Of a stretch of DNA of 64,000 bases, positions 1-13,618 are shown piece by piece. This DNA comes from Eledone cirrhosa (lineage: Eukaryota), in the NCBI GenBank assembly GCA_964016885.1, contig OZ024742.1:112592001-112656000 (forward strand). The letters run 5' to 3'. A program made the position numbers and the translations under genes. The number at the start of each line of letters is the position of its first letter. The stretch's first letter is position 1. Below the pieces are notes generated by a model. It did not search any database. It saw only the letters and a list, made by a program, of their open reading frames with translations, and was not told the origin of the DNA.

Positions 1-2007
1 AAAATTCTATCGATTGCTTGGATAGATTATAAAAAGAGCATTCGATAGTTTGCCACACAGTTGGATTGAAAAATGTTTAGAGATTTTCAAAATATCTCTC
101 GTTGTCAGTAGGTTTTTGTCATTCAGTATGAAGACATGGAAAACGACACTCCTTTTTAATAGTGAAACAAAATCACTGGAAGCTGGAGAAGTTAATATTA
201 ATTGTGGAATTTTTCAAGGTGACTCTTTATCACCGCTTTTATTTTGCATCGCACTTATACCATTAAGTAAAATGCTCAATAAAACAAAACATGTATATAG
301 AGTCTATGACAAAACCATTAATCACTTCTTCTACATGGATGACCTGAAACTATTTGCAAAAAATGATGAACAATTGCAAGGGCTATTATCCACTGTGAAG
401 CAGTTCAGTGATGACATTAAAATGGAGTTTGGACTAGATAAATGCGCCAAAGCAACGTTCACCAGAGGAAAGCTGCTTAAGAGTTCAGACATAAATCTTG
501 ATCGGGAGAACGTGATAAGAGAACTTGATCAAGAAAAAAAAATAATAAATATCTAGGTGTTTGTGAAGGAGACGGAATCAAGCACTCGACAATCAGGGAA
601 AGGATAAGGAAGGAATGTTACCGCAGAGTAAGAGCAATCTTAAGAACGGAATTGAATGCAAGGAATAGGATCGATGCCATAAACACGCTTGCCATACCAG
701 TAGTAACCTACAGTTACAATGTCATCAATTGGTCAAGCACAGAGATCCGTAGGCTCGATACAAAAATCCGAAAATTCTTAACCATCCACAGAATGCATCA
801 CCCTAAGGCAGATATAGATAGAATATATCTCCCTAGGAAAGAAGGAGGACATGGGTTAATCCAGTTAGACATTGTGTTGAAAACTGCAACAATTGGATTA
901 TCTACACATCTAAGGGAATCACATGATTGGATGATCAACTCGTTTTGAAACACGAAAGCATTAAAAGATCATATTCCATTACAAAAGATGCACAAAGATA
1001 CAGTAATGGACTACACATTTCAGAAGTCCCATTTACTGCTCAAATGGAAAACACAGAAAAAGCAAAGCAGGTAAAAGTAACTGTAAAGAAAGAACTGTAA
1101 AGAAACTGGCTAAGAAATGGCAAGAAAAGCCTCTGTATGGAAAATACCCAGAGCGAGTTAACAATCCTGATGTTGACAAAATTTAACCCATCAGTGGTTG
1201 GCATCCTCTGGACTGAAATCGGAGACTGAAGGACCGATCATATCAGCCAACAAAAAATTACCAAGCCAACATAATAAAAAATGGATGCAGCCCATTATGC
1301 CGTGTATGCAAAAAACAACCAGAGACCATTGACCATATCATTTCAATGTGCAGTCCTATAGCTCCAACCGAATACCTAAACAGGCATGACAGAGCTGCAC
1401 AATACATACATTGGATAATGTGTAAGCATTTTGACGTGCCCCATCAAAAGAATTGGTGGGAGCATCAACCACCTCCCATACTTGAAAAAGATCACATCTC
1501 AATCTTGTGGAACTTTAGCATCCAAACAGACCGAAAAATAGATGCAAATAGACCTGATATAATATTGAAGGACTTTAAAATGAGGTTATGCCTGCTAATT
1601 GATATGTCTGTTCCAATACACAAGAATGTATCTCTAAAAACATTTGAAAAATTGAGCAAGTATAAGGACCTGGAGATAGAAATTGGAAAAATGTGGAAAT
1701 TGAGAACTAAAACAATACCAGTGGTTGTAGGCGCCCTGGGAATGATACCTAAGGGGTCTAATGATTACTTATCGCAGATCCCAGGAAACTCGCGTATAGG
1801 AGAAATACAAAAGATAGTACTAATGGGAACTGCCCATATACTAAGGAAGATTCTGTCAATATAAGTACATCACAAGTCTAAACACTAAAGATGCATGTGT
1901 GAGTATGTATGTTCTTCCTTGAACATGGCGGACCTTGTTGTCTCTTGAGGTCTATGGTTGAGACTTGGTGATAACTCGTATGAACATAAAGCAAGATAAA
2001 TGCAACT

Positions 2008-2043
<36 letters not shown>

Positions 2044-2055
2044 GTAATAATAATA
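1..2055 (+). mobile_element. R4/Dong-like non-LTR retrotransposon (RT + CCHC + restriction-like endonuclease), frameshifted, runs off the window at the 5' end
   Basis: ORF 50-556 has GIFQGDSLSPLLF and YMDD RT motifs. CRVC...ETIDHIISMC zinc finger near 1297-1350. ORF 1346-1864 has RPDIILKD...LIDMSVP...KLSKYKDL (RLE). 3' UTR and (TAA)n tail at about 2008-2055. Confidence 0.9.
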
Positions 2056-2200
2056 AATTTGAAGACTAAAATCAAAAGAGGGCTCGATAAGGATAAATAT
2101 ATATCAAATATATAAGAATCGTAGTGCAAATATTTATTAAAATAACAGATTAAAGTTTAAGCAAAGAATCGCTGCTTTCAGCCTTAACGGGATCTTCTGA
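2050..2200. repeat. Dispersed repeat fragment (probable PLE terminal repeat), related to 18090-18160, 36913-37020 and 49410-49515
   Basis: Shared sequence aaatttgaagactaaaatc...ggataaatatat...tatttattaaaataacagatt in either orientation; the other copies sit next to (TA)n. Confidence 0.55.
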
Positions 2201-2253
2201 AGATATAGTGACGAAACATTAGTCAATTGTATGAACTCATAATCCTTTATTTA

Positions 2254-2307
2254 CTGCTATATATATTTCGATGATAGCCATTGAATGGCTATGACTTCAT
2301 CAGGCAG
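2254..2307 (-). ncRNA. Type I hammerhead ribozyme motif in a probable decayed PLE 3' fragment (about 2200-2700)
   Basis: Minus strand: CUGC-CUGAUGA-AGUC AUAGCCA UUCAA UGGCUAU CAUC-GAAA-UAUAUA-UA|GCAG. Stem I CUGC/GCAG, palindromic stem III, imperfect base of stem II. Confidence 0.7.
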
Positions 2308-2696
2308 CTAGTCAGTTCTTAAATATGCCAGCTCTGTGTTTATGGTGTTGATGGTTTCAGAGCCTTGGAACATATGAGCTTGTTATGGATAATTTAATGT
2401 AGTCAGCAGGAATAATCTTAATTCTCATTGAACAGTTTGAAGATGCTAGTAGGGTTGGTATTTGACCTCAAAGATGCAGGTGGTGTTGTAAAGTTCACAC
2501 CGTCAGGCAAGATGACAATAGATCCATATAACTGATTTTCACAAATAGCATTCCTGGTCAGATATATATTCAATTGAGGTTTAGAGTATGAAATTCGATA
2601 CTACAGGTCATTGTTAAATTGAGGAATTTATGTGGGGTGATACTACTGAAAATTATGGTTAGAGTCAAATACTAGAATGTTTACATATAAAAATGT

Positions 2697-2743
<47 letters not shown>

Positions 2744-2745
<2 letters not shown>

Positions 2746-2935
2746 CGAAGGAAATGTGGTAAGGAACCCGGTGGACCATAACGCACCAAAGTACTCAATA
2801 CTTAGGGTAGTAGAGTGGGTAATAGGGACGAGTAGGACCCCGACGGCTGAGCTCAAGCCGTTTCGACGGCTAATTCCGTCCAGAATTAGCCGTCGAAACG
2901 GCTTGAGCTCATCCGTCGAGGTCCTACCTGTTCGT
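2744..2935 (-). mobile_element. (TA)n-inserted PLE-like terminal-repeat fragment with inverted head (family A)
   Basis: Flanked by (TA)n on both sides. Internal fold-back gagctcaagccgtttcgacggctaatt / aattagccgtcgaaacggcttgagctc. Homologous copies at 3566, 25138, 25358, 48538 and 49068. Confidence 0.6.
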
Positions 2936-3284
2936 ATATATATATATATATATACAATGTGTATGTGTGTGTGTGTGTCTGAGGGAGAGAGAGGGACAAG
3001 GGGGATTATTTTTATATTACTTATTGGACTCCACGGTCTGAGGACATGCTGAACCACCATTTGTGTTAATACTCTTTCTATATATACAATTACTTACTTA
3101 TGCATTGATGAATACATGAAATTAATGCTGTTGACCTCATTTATATAACTTTCTCTGTAGACAGCACATATGTGATCATACTTAACAAAATATAAATGTT
3201 TTAAAATCAGCTACATTTGCTCTTACATATTACCTACTAGTCCTGTTGGCGCCCGGCTACCATTGGCGTGTTGTACGGCATCCA

Positions 3285-3316
<32 letters not shown>

Positions 3317-3404
3317 GCTGACGTAGCTAGCTTCGCTTGGATAAACAGACGATAAGCCGTCTGTGTAGAATAGTATGACAGTGAAAATTATATATTATAG
3401 AATG

Positions 3405-3500
3405 TATAGAATTACTGTTGAAAATATATAGTTCAGTACAGTATTACTGTTGAAAATATATAGTATAGTTTAGTAATACCGTTGAAAATATATAGTATAG
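3405..3500. repeat. About 32-bp minisatellite, about 3 copies
   Basis: ta(c/t)(t/c)gttgaaaatatatagt-like motif repeated at about 3413, 3445 and 3477. Confidence 0.7.
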
Positions 3501-3565
3501 TATCCTGCATGTGTTTTTATTGGCAGCATGACGCTTCCAAATTATAACTATATATATATATATAT

Positions 3566-3851
<286 letters not shown>

Positions 3852-3887
3852 GGGAGAGATGAAAGTATATGAGAGTGAAATCTTAAT

Positions 3888-4055
3888 AATTGTTTCTACT
3901 GTTGGCACAATGCCAGCAATTACGCAGTGTATTACTGGTACTTTATTTTATCGACCTGTAAGGATGAAAGGCAAAGTTAACCTCGACTGGATTTGAACTT
4001 AGAATGGAAAGGGCCGTAACTCTTTACGTGAAAGCATGGCGTCCGACCCTCTACC
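3888..4055 (-). mobile_element. tRNA-derived SINE (family S) with 15-bp TSD
   Basis: B-box (gttcaaatcc on minus) and core tttgcctttcatccttac.ggtcgataaaataaagtaccag. TSD gagtgaaatcttaat at 3873-3887 and 4056-4070. Confidence 0.85.
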
Positions 4056-4913
4056 GAGTGAAATCTTAATTATGAGAAATAGATAGAATAAGAACGAGAT
4101 ACAAATTTATTCTCAAGCCGAGTTAAGATGACAAAATATCTGAAAACCTGGATTTTTGATTTGTAGGTAGTTTCCAACAGACACCCACCAAATCTCCTTC
4201 TACCCGATTTACAAGGCTTGGATATATCCGAGGTTATGTTAATGACACTTGCCCATGACTCCACGGAATTATATTAATACCGGGCTTCGGATTTTGATAC
4301 GGAACGTCAGAACCACTAACACACCACTATGAACATGTAATTATATAGAAAATCACATCGAATTACTAAATTTCAAATTATATCTGCTGAAGATTTTAAT
4401 TAACAATTAGCTACGAATGATTTTGTATCGAATATATTTGTAGGATATACAGAATTGAACGAGATGTTATATATGTTATTACTTAACCCCAGAGTTACCT
4501 AAAAAAACAAAATTAAGTAACCAGCATGAATTCTTATAATTCAGCTTTGATAAGGAGACAATGAACCCGAATAATTCCACAAGCCTTTAAAAAAACAAAC
4601 AAAAAAAAACACGAACCTTACGCGTGATCGAGTATCATTAGATGGTATGTACTATGATTTCGCTAACTGTTTTAGGTACAAATACAGTAGCTGGTGGACA
4701 TATTATATATTCATCCTCTTTCTCTCTAGCCAGCAGGACATTTAACATATGACAGTTGGCAAGGTCATGGTCTGCACCAGCTCTGATTTGTAGCATTTTC
4801 ATGAACACCGACTGGATAAAAGATGAATTGAACCTCAGTGGGATTTAAATACACAGTGCTGAATGCTTTAACACGTAACCGAAGCTTTTACGGTCACGTG
4901 GGTTGTAGTTGTC

Positions 4914-5070
4914 ATGATGGTGAGTATGATGATGGTGATGATGGTGTTGTTGATGATGATAGGGATAATGGTGACGAATATGACGATGATAATTATGATG
5001 ATGATAATTATGATGATGATGATGATGATGATGATGATGCTGATGATGGTTATGATAATGATGATAACAT
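4914..5070. repeat. (GAT)n-like simple repeat
   Basis: Directly visible; it produces spurious poly-D/M/I ORFs. Confidence 0.9.
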
Positions 5071-5314
5071 GTAATTTAATACTCATGAGTACTCATTAGA
5101 TTTATTCAGTCAATAATATCATTGATAAATGTGGTCAACCATCGATTGCATGAACTACAACATAACATCATTACAATTATCATCATCATTAACAGCATAA
5201 CAATATGTTTATGGAGAATACTCTTTCTCATAAATCACTCCGCAAAAACATTACCATCAACAACTCGATCTTAGCCACAGAATCAACATAACAAGCACTA
5301 CATTTAATAACATC

Positions 5315-5590
<276 letters not shown>

Positions 5591-6906
5591 TTGACTCTGA
5601 GGAAGGATACAAGTATTCGGGCGTTCTGGAGGCTGATGGCATAAAGAACAAAAAAATGAAGGAATTGTTAAGAACTGAATACATTCGTAGAGTAAGGAGC
5701 GTATTGAAGTCACATCTGAACAGCAGAAATGCCATAAGCGCAGTAAATTCCCGAGCTGTGTCTATTATTAGGTACAGTGCGGGAATTCTGAGATGGAATG
5801 TTGCTGAACAAAAAGAAATGGATAGGAAGACTAGGAAGCTATTGACTATCTACAACATGTTCCACAAGAGGAGTGATGTCGATAGACTCTACCTAAGGAG
5901 ATCTGAGAGTGGAAGAGGTCTTATCAGCATAGAGGACTGTGTTCAGATGGAGAAAAACAACCTACACAAATACGTGACTGATAGTAAGGAGCCAATGCGC
6001 AGAACTGTACTGAAGGAGGGGACAATAGGCCAGGGGATGTCCAAGGAGCAAATAACATCAAGGAGAAAGAGCAGCCTTCAGGAAAAATCCCTTCATAGTA
6101 CCTTCTTTGAGAAAACTGAATTTAGAGATCCACAGACATGGAACTGGTTGAGAAGAGGAGACCTCAAAAAGGCTACAGAAGGAATGTTAATGGCTGCGCA
6201 GGAGCAGGCCCTCAAAACGAAGTGGTTGAAACACCACATTTACAAGGAGGAGGCTAGCCCACTGTGCAGCATCTGTGGAGAGAGAGAGGAAGCTGTGGCT
6301 CACATTGTATCCGAGTGTAAACATCTAGCCCAGACCCACTATAAGGGCTGGAGACGTGATGGGCAGGGTGATCCACTGGCACCTGTGCAAAGTAAACAGT
6401 TTACCACATTCTGAGAAATGGTATGATCATAAGCCAGAGACGGTGATGGAGAACGATCAGGTGAAGGTGCTGTGGGATTTTAGGATACAGACGGACAAGA
6501 AACTGGAACACAATAGACCTGACCGGGTGGTTGTGGACACAGATAAAAGATCGTGTCTGATTGTGGATGTGGCCTGCCCATTCGACACGAGAGTGCAAGA
6601 GAAGGAGAGGGAGAAAATTAACCGATACCAGGACTTAACGTGGGAGTTAAAAAGGATTTGGAACTGCCATGAAGTCAAAGTGATCCCGATTATCATAGGC
6701 GCACTGGGGACTATCTCCAAAAGTTTCAGGGATGGTTAAAGAAAATTGGCCCCTTCACGCTTTTTGGAACGCTTCAAAAGGCATGCTTGCTGGGAACAGC
6801 AAGAACCCTCCGATACGTCCTGAATATCTGAGGCTGCAGGTAGTGGCTTGATATTCATTCCAACGGACTTTCCAGTTAACTAACATCAATGACTGAGATT
6901 CAAGGA

Positions 6907-6973
<67 letters not shown>
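5591..6973 (+). mobile_element. Second R4/Dong-like LINE family, 5'-truncated (RT C-terminus, CCHC, RLE) with (TAA)n tail
   Basis: CSICGEREEAVAHIVSEC zinc finger; NRPDRVVVD...IVDVACP...EKINRYQDL RLE motif; frameshift near 6356; (TAA)n at 6909-6973. Confidence 0.9.
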
Positions 6974-6974
<1 letters not shown>

Positions 6975-7158
6975 TGTTTCTACTTTAGGCACAATGCCAG
7001 CAATAACCAGTGCATTACTGGTACTTTATTTTATCGACCCCGTAAGGATGTAAGGCAAAGTCAACCTCGGCTGGATTTGAACTCAGATCGTAAACGGACG
7101 TAACTATGCTGGCAAGCATGGCGTCCGACCCTCTACCGATACTGCCAATCCACCGCCC

Positions 7159-7160
<2 letters not shown>
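6972..7160 (-). mobile_element. Family S SINE, full length, inside a (TAA)n tract
   Basis: A-box (tggcagtatcgg) and B-box (gagttcaaatcc) on the minus strand, with the family core. Confidence 0.85.
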
Positions 7161-7202
<42 letters not shown>

Positions 7203-8180
7203 CTTTCTTTATTAACCACAAGGGTCTACACAAAGTAAAATATTAAGGACAGTAAAGGAGAATACAGGACAATACAGGACGGTACAAATGGGTATTTCTT
7301 CGTGTAAAAAAAGAAGAAAAACAAAGGATGTAACAAAAAAGGAATAATGAAAAATTCCCCAATAGGGGGGAAACTTCCGAGGACCATCGTAGGGTAAGCC
7401 CATTAAAAAAAGCCTCGGTGACCCTGACTACCAGGACAAGTGCCCTCTCCCAGTTCTCCACTTTCAATTTACATGCACATACTCAACGTATGCCCATTCA
7501 CTCGGGCCATTCTTGCCTCTCTCACCCATCTTTCAACAAAATGCTGGGAAGAGAGCACTTCCCTATCTACCCTGATTTTCCTTTTCAAATGAAATTAAAA
7601 AAGGTAATCAGGTCATCACCGAAGTGGTTATTCCTCGTCTCCAGCCCTTTCAGGCGCGTCCACCATACAATCTTTTTCGACATGGCCACCAGACAGATAA
7701 AATTAGCCTGCCCTTCCCGGCTAAAGGATGAGGTCAGGGAAATCCCCACGATGGACTGAGCTGATAGCCGGATCCGTTCTACAGGTGACAGCAGGTGTTC
7801 GACATAAACCTACAAGTCAGCAATGCTCCGACACTGGACGAGTGCGTTCAGAACGGTTTCGTAGCCCTGCGCGCATCTCGGACATGCCCGGCTGACGGTA
7901 CTTCCATGCCTGTAGAGTTTATACCGAACTGGCAAAGCTCCTCAGTAGAACTGCCAAGCCAGGGATTTCTGGAAATTGTCCATAGGCTCGGCCCGAAAGT
8001 TCTTCCAAAGAGATTGGCTAGGTGATTTTCGTCGACGGCTAGAGTTTTCCCAACTACGTCGTCGCTCTTCCCCTCCACTAATCCTCTATAGAACGCCAAG
8101 TTGGAGTTTGCACCGATCACATTGCCCGACTAGTCGATGGCTGCGAGCGTCTGAAGACATTCCAGTTTCCAAGCGCTAAT
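7160..8180 (-). mobile_element. L1/Tx1-like LINE 3' fragment (zf-RVT region) with (ATT)n tail
   Basis: Minus-strand reading LAWQFY*GALPVRYKLYRHG...CPRCAQGYETVLNALVQC, typical of the L1/Tx1 ORF2 C-terminus. The 3' end reads aataaagaaagc(att)n. Confidence 0.75.
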
Positions 8181-9469
8181 TTACTTTCCAAGGCCAATAA
8201 CGTCTTCATCAACAATCCTACCATCAACTTATTATGATCTCCATCATCACCAACATCTTCATTATCATCATCATCAGGGATATCACAGGATTGTCATCAT
8301 CATCTCGATAAGCATTTTCATAATATTATCTTCGTCATCGACATCGAGATCAACATTTTCAATAAAATTAATGATCTATTCATTATGCTCATCATATGAA
8401 ATTAGCATCGTCAACATATTTCCTTTCAAATAAAGTGTGTTCTTTTAATTAATTATTATATATCTCTCTGGAAAATGTACATCTCTCAAACGTACCGCCT
8501 AATGATTTTACAGGTTACATTGTTTGAAACATTTAAAAAGTATTATTGCATAAGTGACTACGCTTCTCCAACTATCGGAATTTCCAACTATCATGTCACA
8601 ACCTTTTAGCGTATGTTATAGACACAATGCTCAACCCATCTATATGTATACTATCTTTGCCGGATTTTTATTTCAAAACAGTTATCTCATTATCAATGAC
8701 TTTGCTTAATATTAGCAGAGAAAATAAAATATATCAACAACCTCAATGCGTGCAATTAACACAGACCGGACATTTCGGTTCCTTAGCACGAATTATTTCA
8801 TTACTTTTTCGATCGGACGTTTGATTAAATGCCACAGGTATTGTGCCAGGTCTCTACGTTCTCAGTTCAATTTCTACCACTCTCACATTTACGAGGTCGA
8901 TAAATATATTACAAATAATACGGGGATACTTGATTTGCAGAATTGATAAATATTGACCAATTGAGTCAATTTCACTGATTAGATGGGACGATAGGCTTAT
9001 TTCATTCCTTAATTTCATTTCATTTAATGTTTAGATGTAATGAATTTTCAACAGTAGTGTCGATATAATTCGAATGCAACATTGATAGTTTCAACATATG
9101 TTCATTTGTTAGTGTATGACTGAGCAACTCGAACTGAATAAATACTACGATGGGATTGTTCTAATATGCATTGATATGTAGGCAAGCTCACAGGGATATG
9201 AACATATTTCTGAGACACACACAGAAAATCATACCATCTATATGAATTAATATTGAATATATTTACATTCAAACATACATATAACTGGCAGTTGAAACGG
9301 CAACAGCTGAGTTTTTGCGGTCCCGTCTTTTGATAATATATGTAAGTATATGTGTGTTTGTCCTGTCAATACACATATGTATGAAATGAACTGTATCAAA
9401 ATATGAAGCAAAAATATAAATGAAACAAATGATTAGGGGACAGGGAATTAAATGAAAAGGATAAGAAAT

Positions 9470-10075
9470 GTCTTCTTCTTCTTCTTCTTCTTCTTCGCCT
9501 ACTTATTCCTGAGAGGGTCTTGGATTCAGAGTCCTCAAACACTCCTTCCAGCGGGTCCTGTCAGAAGTAACTGTATCCAACTAATTCGGCTGGAGCGCTA
9601 GGCGTGACCAGCCCCATTCATAGATGTTGTCGAACAATGTAGCTCAGATTCTACCCCTGGGTCTCTTGTCTGTTGCTTTTGTCCGTAAAATCTCTTCTGC
9701 GATTATTTGCTTGGGCATTCTAAGCGCATGCCCATAGTATCGAAGCTGTGATGTCTCAATTCTGAGAATTAGCGGCCCTACCTGGAGTGAGTCTCTGAGC
9801 TCCGAGCTACTCACTTTATTGAGTAACGTTACTCCAAAGACACTTCGGAATACCATTTCTCCCGCTTGTATTCGCGATCGTATTCTTTCAGTCATTACTG
9901 AAGTTTCATAACCATAGGTGATGGTTGGCACGAAAATCAAGTTGAAAATAGTGTGTGTGGGCTACCTTTCTTCTTCTGATTACTGAATGCTGAAGCAGGC
10001 ACATTACTGCACCATCTTTTGCAATTTATGCACTTAATTCTGACTCCTGCCTTCTATAACTCAAGAACTCCATCC
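9470..10075 (-). mobile_element. RTE-clade LINE 3' fragment with (GAA)n tail
   Basis: ORF 9644-9940 IFVPTITYGYETSVMT...QLRYYGHALRM...KRPRGR; (TTC)n at 9470-9496. Confidence 0.8.
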
Positions 10076-10329
10076 ATATGTAGAGTGCACTGCGAAGGCT
10101 TCGAAAATTACAACACAGATTAAAAGACTTGAAAATAAGCTGCTTGATACCTGTCTACAGGATGTCAAATGCAGTTTCATTTACTAAATAAAGCATTCTC
10201 CATAACCTACTAATAGCTTAAAAGGAAAAAGAGCTACTTGACACAAAATCACTGAAATAGTTCCGAATATGTAAAATGTCTCAATTTTGAGAATTGGCGG
10301 CTCTACCTGGAGTGACTCTCTGATCTCCA

Positions 10330-13300
10330 TGCTACCAAAATCCAAAGGTGTCTGCTCCTATAACCGGCGGCTTCGGGTCGTTTCTGTCTCTGCGTCTTTG
10401 GAGAATCTGGGCAAACAGGACGTTTTTTTCCCGTCGTTGGGTAGGGTTTTTGGGGACCGCTTGTAAATTCACTACTCCCATGACACTTCTTCCACGAATC
10501 GTACAAATACGAACTATGAATACGATTGCCTTCCCTCTACGAAAGCAATGCAAAGCAACAGCGCTCCTACCGCTATGGCTCTACAGACTGCTCCCGCAGT
10601 AGTCCCACTCTTCAGACGAAGGAAGGAATTGAGGGTGGCGTGCTGGAAAGTCCGAACACTTCGTGATGACGGTGTCCAGGCACTTACAATGAAGGCTCTG
10701 CACAGGAACTGCGTTAGTGTCGCTTGCTTTTCTGAAGTTCGACTTTCCGATGTTGGTCATCTTCCGATCAAAGTTCCTGGTGAGAACATCTCCTAACACG
10801 TATACCATAGTGGGGTGACTGACAACAGGGCCTTCACGGGGTTGCTGTAGCGCTCAGCCCCGACGCGCAAGCGGCTCTGCCGGCGTGTCAGCCGATCTCA
10901 CACCGACTCGCACTGGTTCGATTGAAGGGTCAAATCTCCAACGTCAGCGTAATTTCCGTTTACGCTCCCACACTCAGAGCGGACGAGGCGGACAAGATGC
11001 AGTTTTATGCCGACCTCCGAACAACCGTGGATGGCGTTCCCTCCAGTGATGTTCTCAATGTCGCTGCGGACTGGAATGCGCGGACGGCCGGCTGATGATA
11101 CAACACGGCATATTCTAGGACATTTCGCCATAGGCGTACGCTGTGACAATGGTGAACGGCTCGTGTCCTTCGCGGATGCCAATCGTCTTATCGTCCCCAA
11201 CACCCGGTTTCAACATTCTCGGTGTCACGTCGTCACGTAGCGATCCAATGACGGAAGAACGGCCAATCAGATTGACTACATCCTGGTCACATGTCGGTGA
11301 GCCAGCTCAGTAATGGACTCGCGTGCGTATCGGGGGGGGGTTACAAATACGGGCAGTGAGCATGGTACCGACCATACTCTTGTTCGACCAACCCTTCGTC
11401 TGCGGCTGCGGGCGAAACCTCCTCCCATGCGCCAGAAAAGGATCGATATCTCGCGATTCAAGCTCGATGTTGGAAATGCTTTCCGGCTAGAGCTGCGAAA
11501 CTGATTCCAAATGCTGAGTAACGAAGTGGAGCAGCAACCGGAGCAGGAGTGGAACGCGCTCAGGGTGGCGACGGTTGAGGTGGCCAGGGAGCATCTCGGG
11601 CGATCCAAATACGCCATCGGGACTGGATCTCCGGCGGCACTCTTGAACTTGCGGAGAGGGCGAGTGTAGCCTGACTCGAGCGTGCACCCAATATTCGAGA
11701 TATCCGACGTCGCACATCTCGGGCTATTCGGGCCGATCGGAATGCAGACTGGCGCGAGTTTGCGGAGCAGACACAGAGGGCAGCAGGCTGTGGTGACTCG
11801 CGCAAGCTCTACCAACTGGGGAAACGGGCCAGCCGAAGCAGTACGGGTATCAGCGAGACGATTTGTGATCGGAACGTTCATTACGAATCTTAATGACCTA
11901 CTAGTCCGGTGGCGGAGCCATTTCTGCGAACTCCTCAAACACCCGCCACCATCCACGCCAACCTACGTGCAGCCTTCCGGAGAAGAATACGGGCGCAGCA
12001 CTGCCATCCAACGGTTAGGAGGTATGTGGTGTTCTGACTCATCTCCGGAACAACAAGGTGCCGGGTGAGGATGGCGTTCCATCTGAGGTCTACAAGGCAG
12101 AGCCTGATGTCTTCGCAGCTTGGCTCCACCGAGTCTTCTCCTCTGTGTGGGCGACGGAGCGGGTCCCTGGTGACTGGAGCGAGGCAACTCTCCTACCCTT
12201 CTTCAAAAAGAGCGACAGGTAACTGTGTTCCAACTACACGGGTATCAGGTTAATTGATGTTGCTGCAAAGACCTTTGCAATTATTCTGCTGAAGAGGTTC
12301 CAGCCCATCCCTGATGTCCGTACCCGTCCTTCTCAGGGCGGCTTCCGTCCGGGGAAGGGGTGCTTTGATAAAATATTCATTCTCCGCCGTGTCTTGGAAG
12401 AACGGTGGGCACATCAACACACCTACCGTCCTCTGCTTCATCGAATTTGCAGCTGCCTTCGACTCGGTAGCTCGGGAAGCACTATAGCGTATAATGCAGG
12501 CGGACGGCATCCCAGTGAAGCTGCTTCGTCTCATACAAGGCTACTTCCGGTCGACTCGGGCTCAAGTGAGGGTCTATGGTGGGGAGACGGGGTTGTTCGA
12601 TGTTGGGATCCGTGTTCGGCAGGGGTGTGCGCTATCGCCAAACCTCTTTAACGACGCCATTGACTACACTCTCAACACAGCGCTCCGGGATTACCCGGGT
12701 ATAGAGGTCAGAAGTGGGGTCGTGGTGACGGACCTGGCCTACGCGGATGACATCGTGCTGATGGGCGCTAACGGGACAGATGTACAACGTGCTCCCGAAA
12801 AGGCGCACACTGCAGCCACCGCTGTTGATCTACGAATCAATGCCGCCAAGTCGAAGATCATGAAGTCACTGGTCTCGCCTGATGCCTGGCAGCCAATATC
12901 TCACGAGAGCGGGGACATAGAGGGTGTGGAGTCCTTCGTTTACCTGGGCTCAACAGAGGTTCCAACGGGACTAGGCGCAGCCGAGGTCAAGCGTCGCATA
13001 GGTGCTGCCAGATCCGCGTTTGAGCGCCTCCAGCATTGTCTGTGGGAGAGAAGAGAGATCACCTTGGCGACCAAAGGGCGAATCTACCAGGCCGGCGTTA
13101 GCACTATCCTCCCCAATGGCTGTGAAACATGGCCTATGAGGGTAATCGATCAACGTGGGCTGGAGGTCTTCGACAATGACTGTCTCCGCCGCATTCTTCG
13201 CTGCCAACGCGCAGATCGGGTGCCTACCACCGGTCTTCGTCTTCGCCTGGATCTTCGACCTCTTCCTTCAGTGCTTCTGCAACGGCGCTTGAGATGGTTT

Positions 13301-13618
13301 GGTCATGCTGCCTGGTGCCCTGAGGGTGAGCTGATCCGCGATGTTCTCTTCCCACCTCCACTCCTTAACTGGCGCAGGCGCGTTGGCGGGCAGCTGAAGA
13401 CCTGGGCAACGACGATCAAAGAGGACCTCTCCGAACTCTCAGGTGCGCAGGAGATCAGCCTGCGCCGATGGAACCGTGACTGGCTCGCTATCTCCAGTGA
13501 CCTAAACCCGGGACCGTCGTGCGTGGGCTGCCGTGTTTCGGGATGCCGTCAGGACAAAGGAAGAAGCCTGCTCAATCCGTCCAGGGTGAATGTCGACACA
13601 AGTACAAGTACAAGTACT
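10330..13618 (+). mobile_element. Near-full-length RTE-clade LINE (APE endonuclease + RT), multiply frameshifted, (ACAAGT)n tail
   Basis: LRVACWKVRTL...CFSEVR APE start, NQIDYILV, GIRVRQGCALSPNLF, DLAYADDIV, RLRWFGHA. Tail acaagtacaagtacaagtac at about 13598-13618. GC-rich relative to its flanks. Confidence 0.9.
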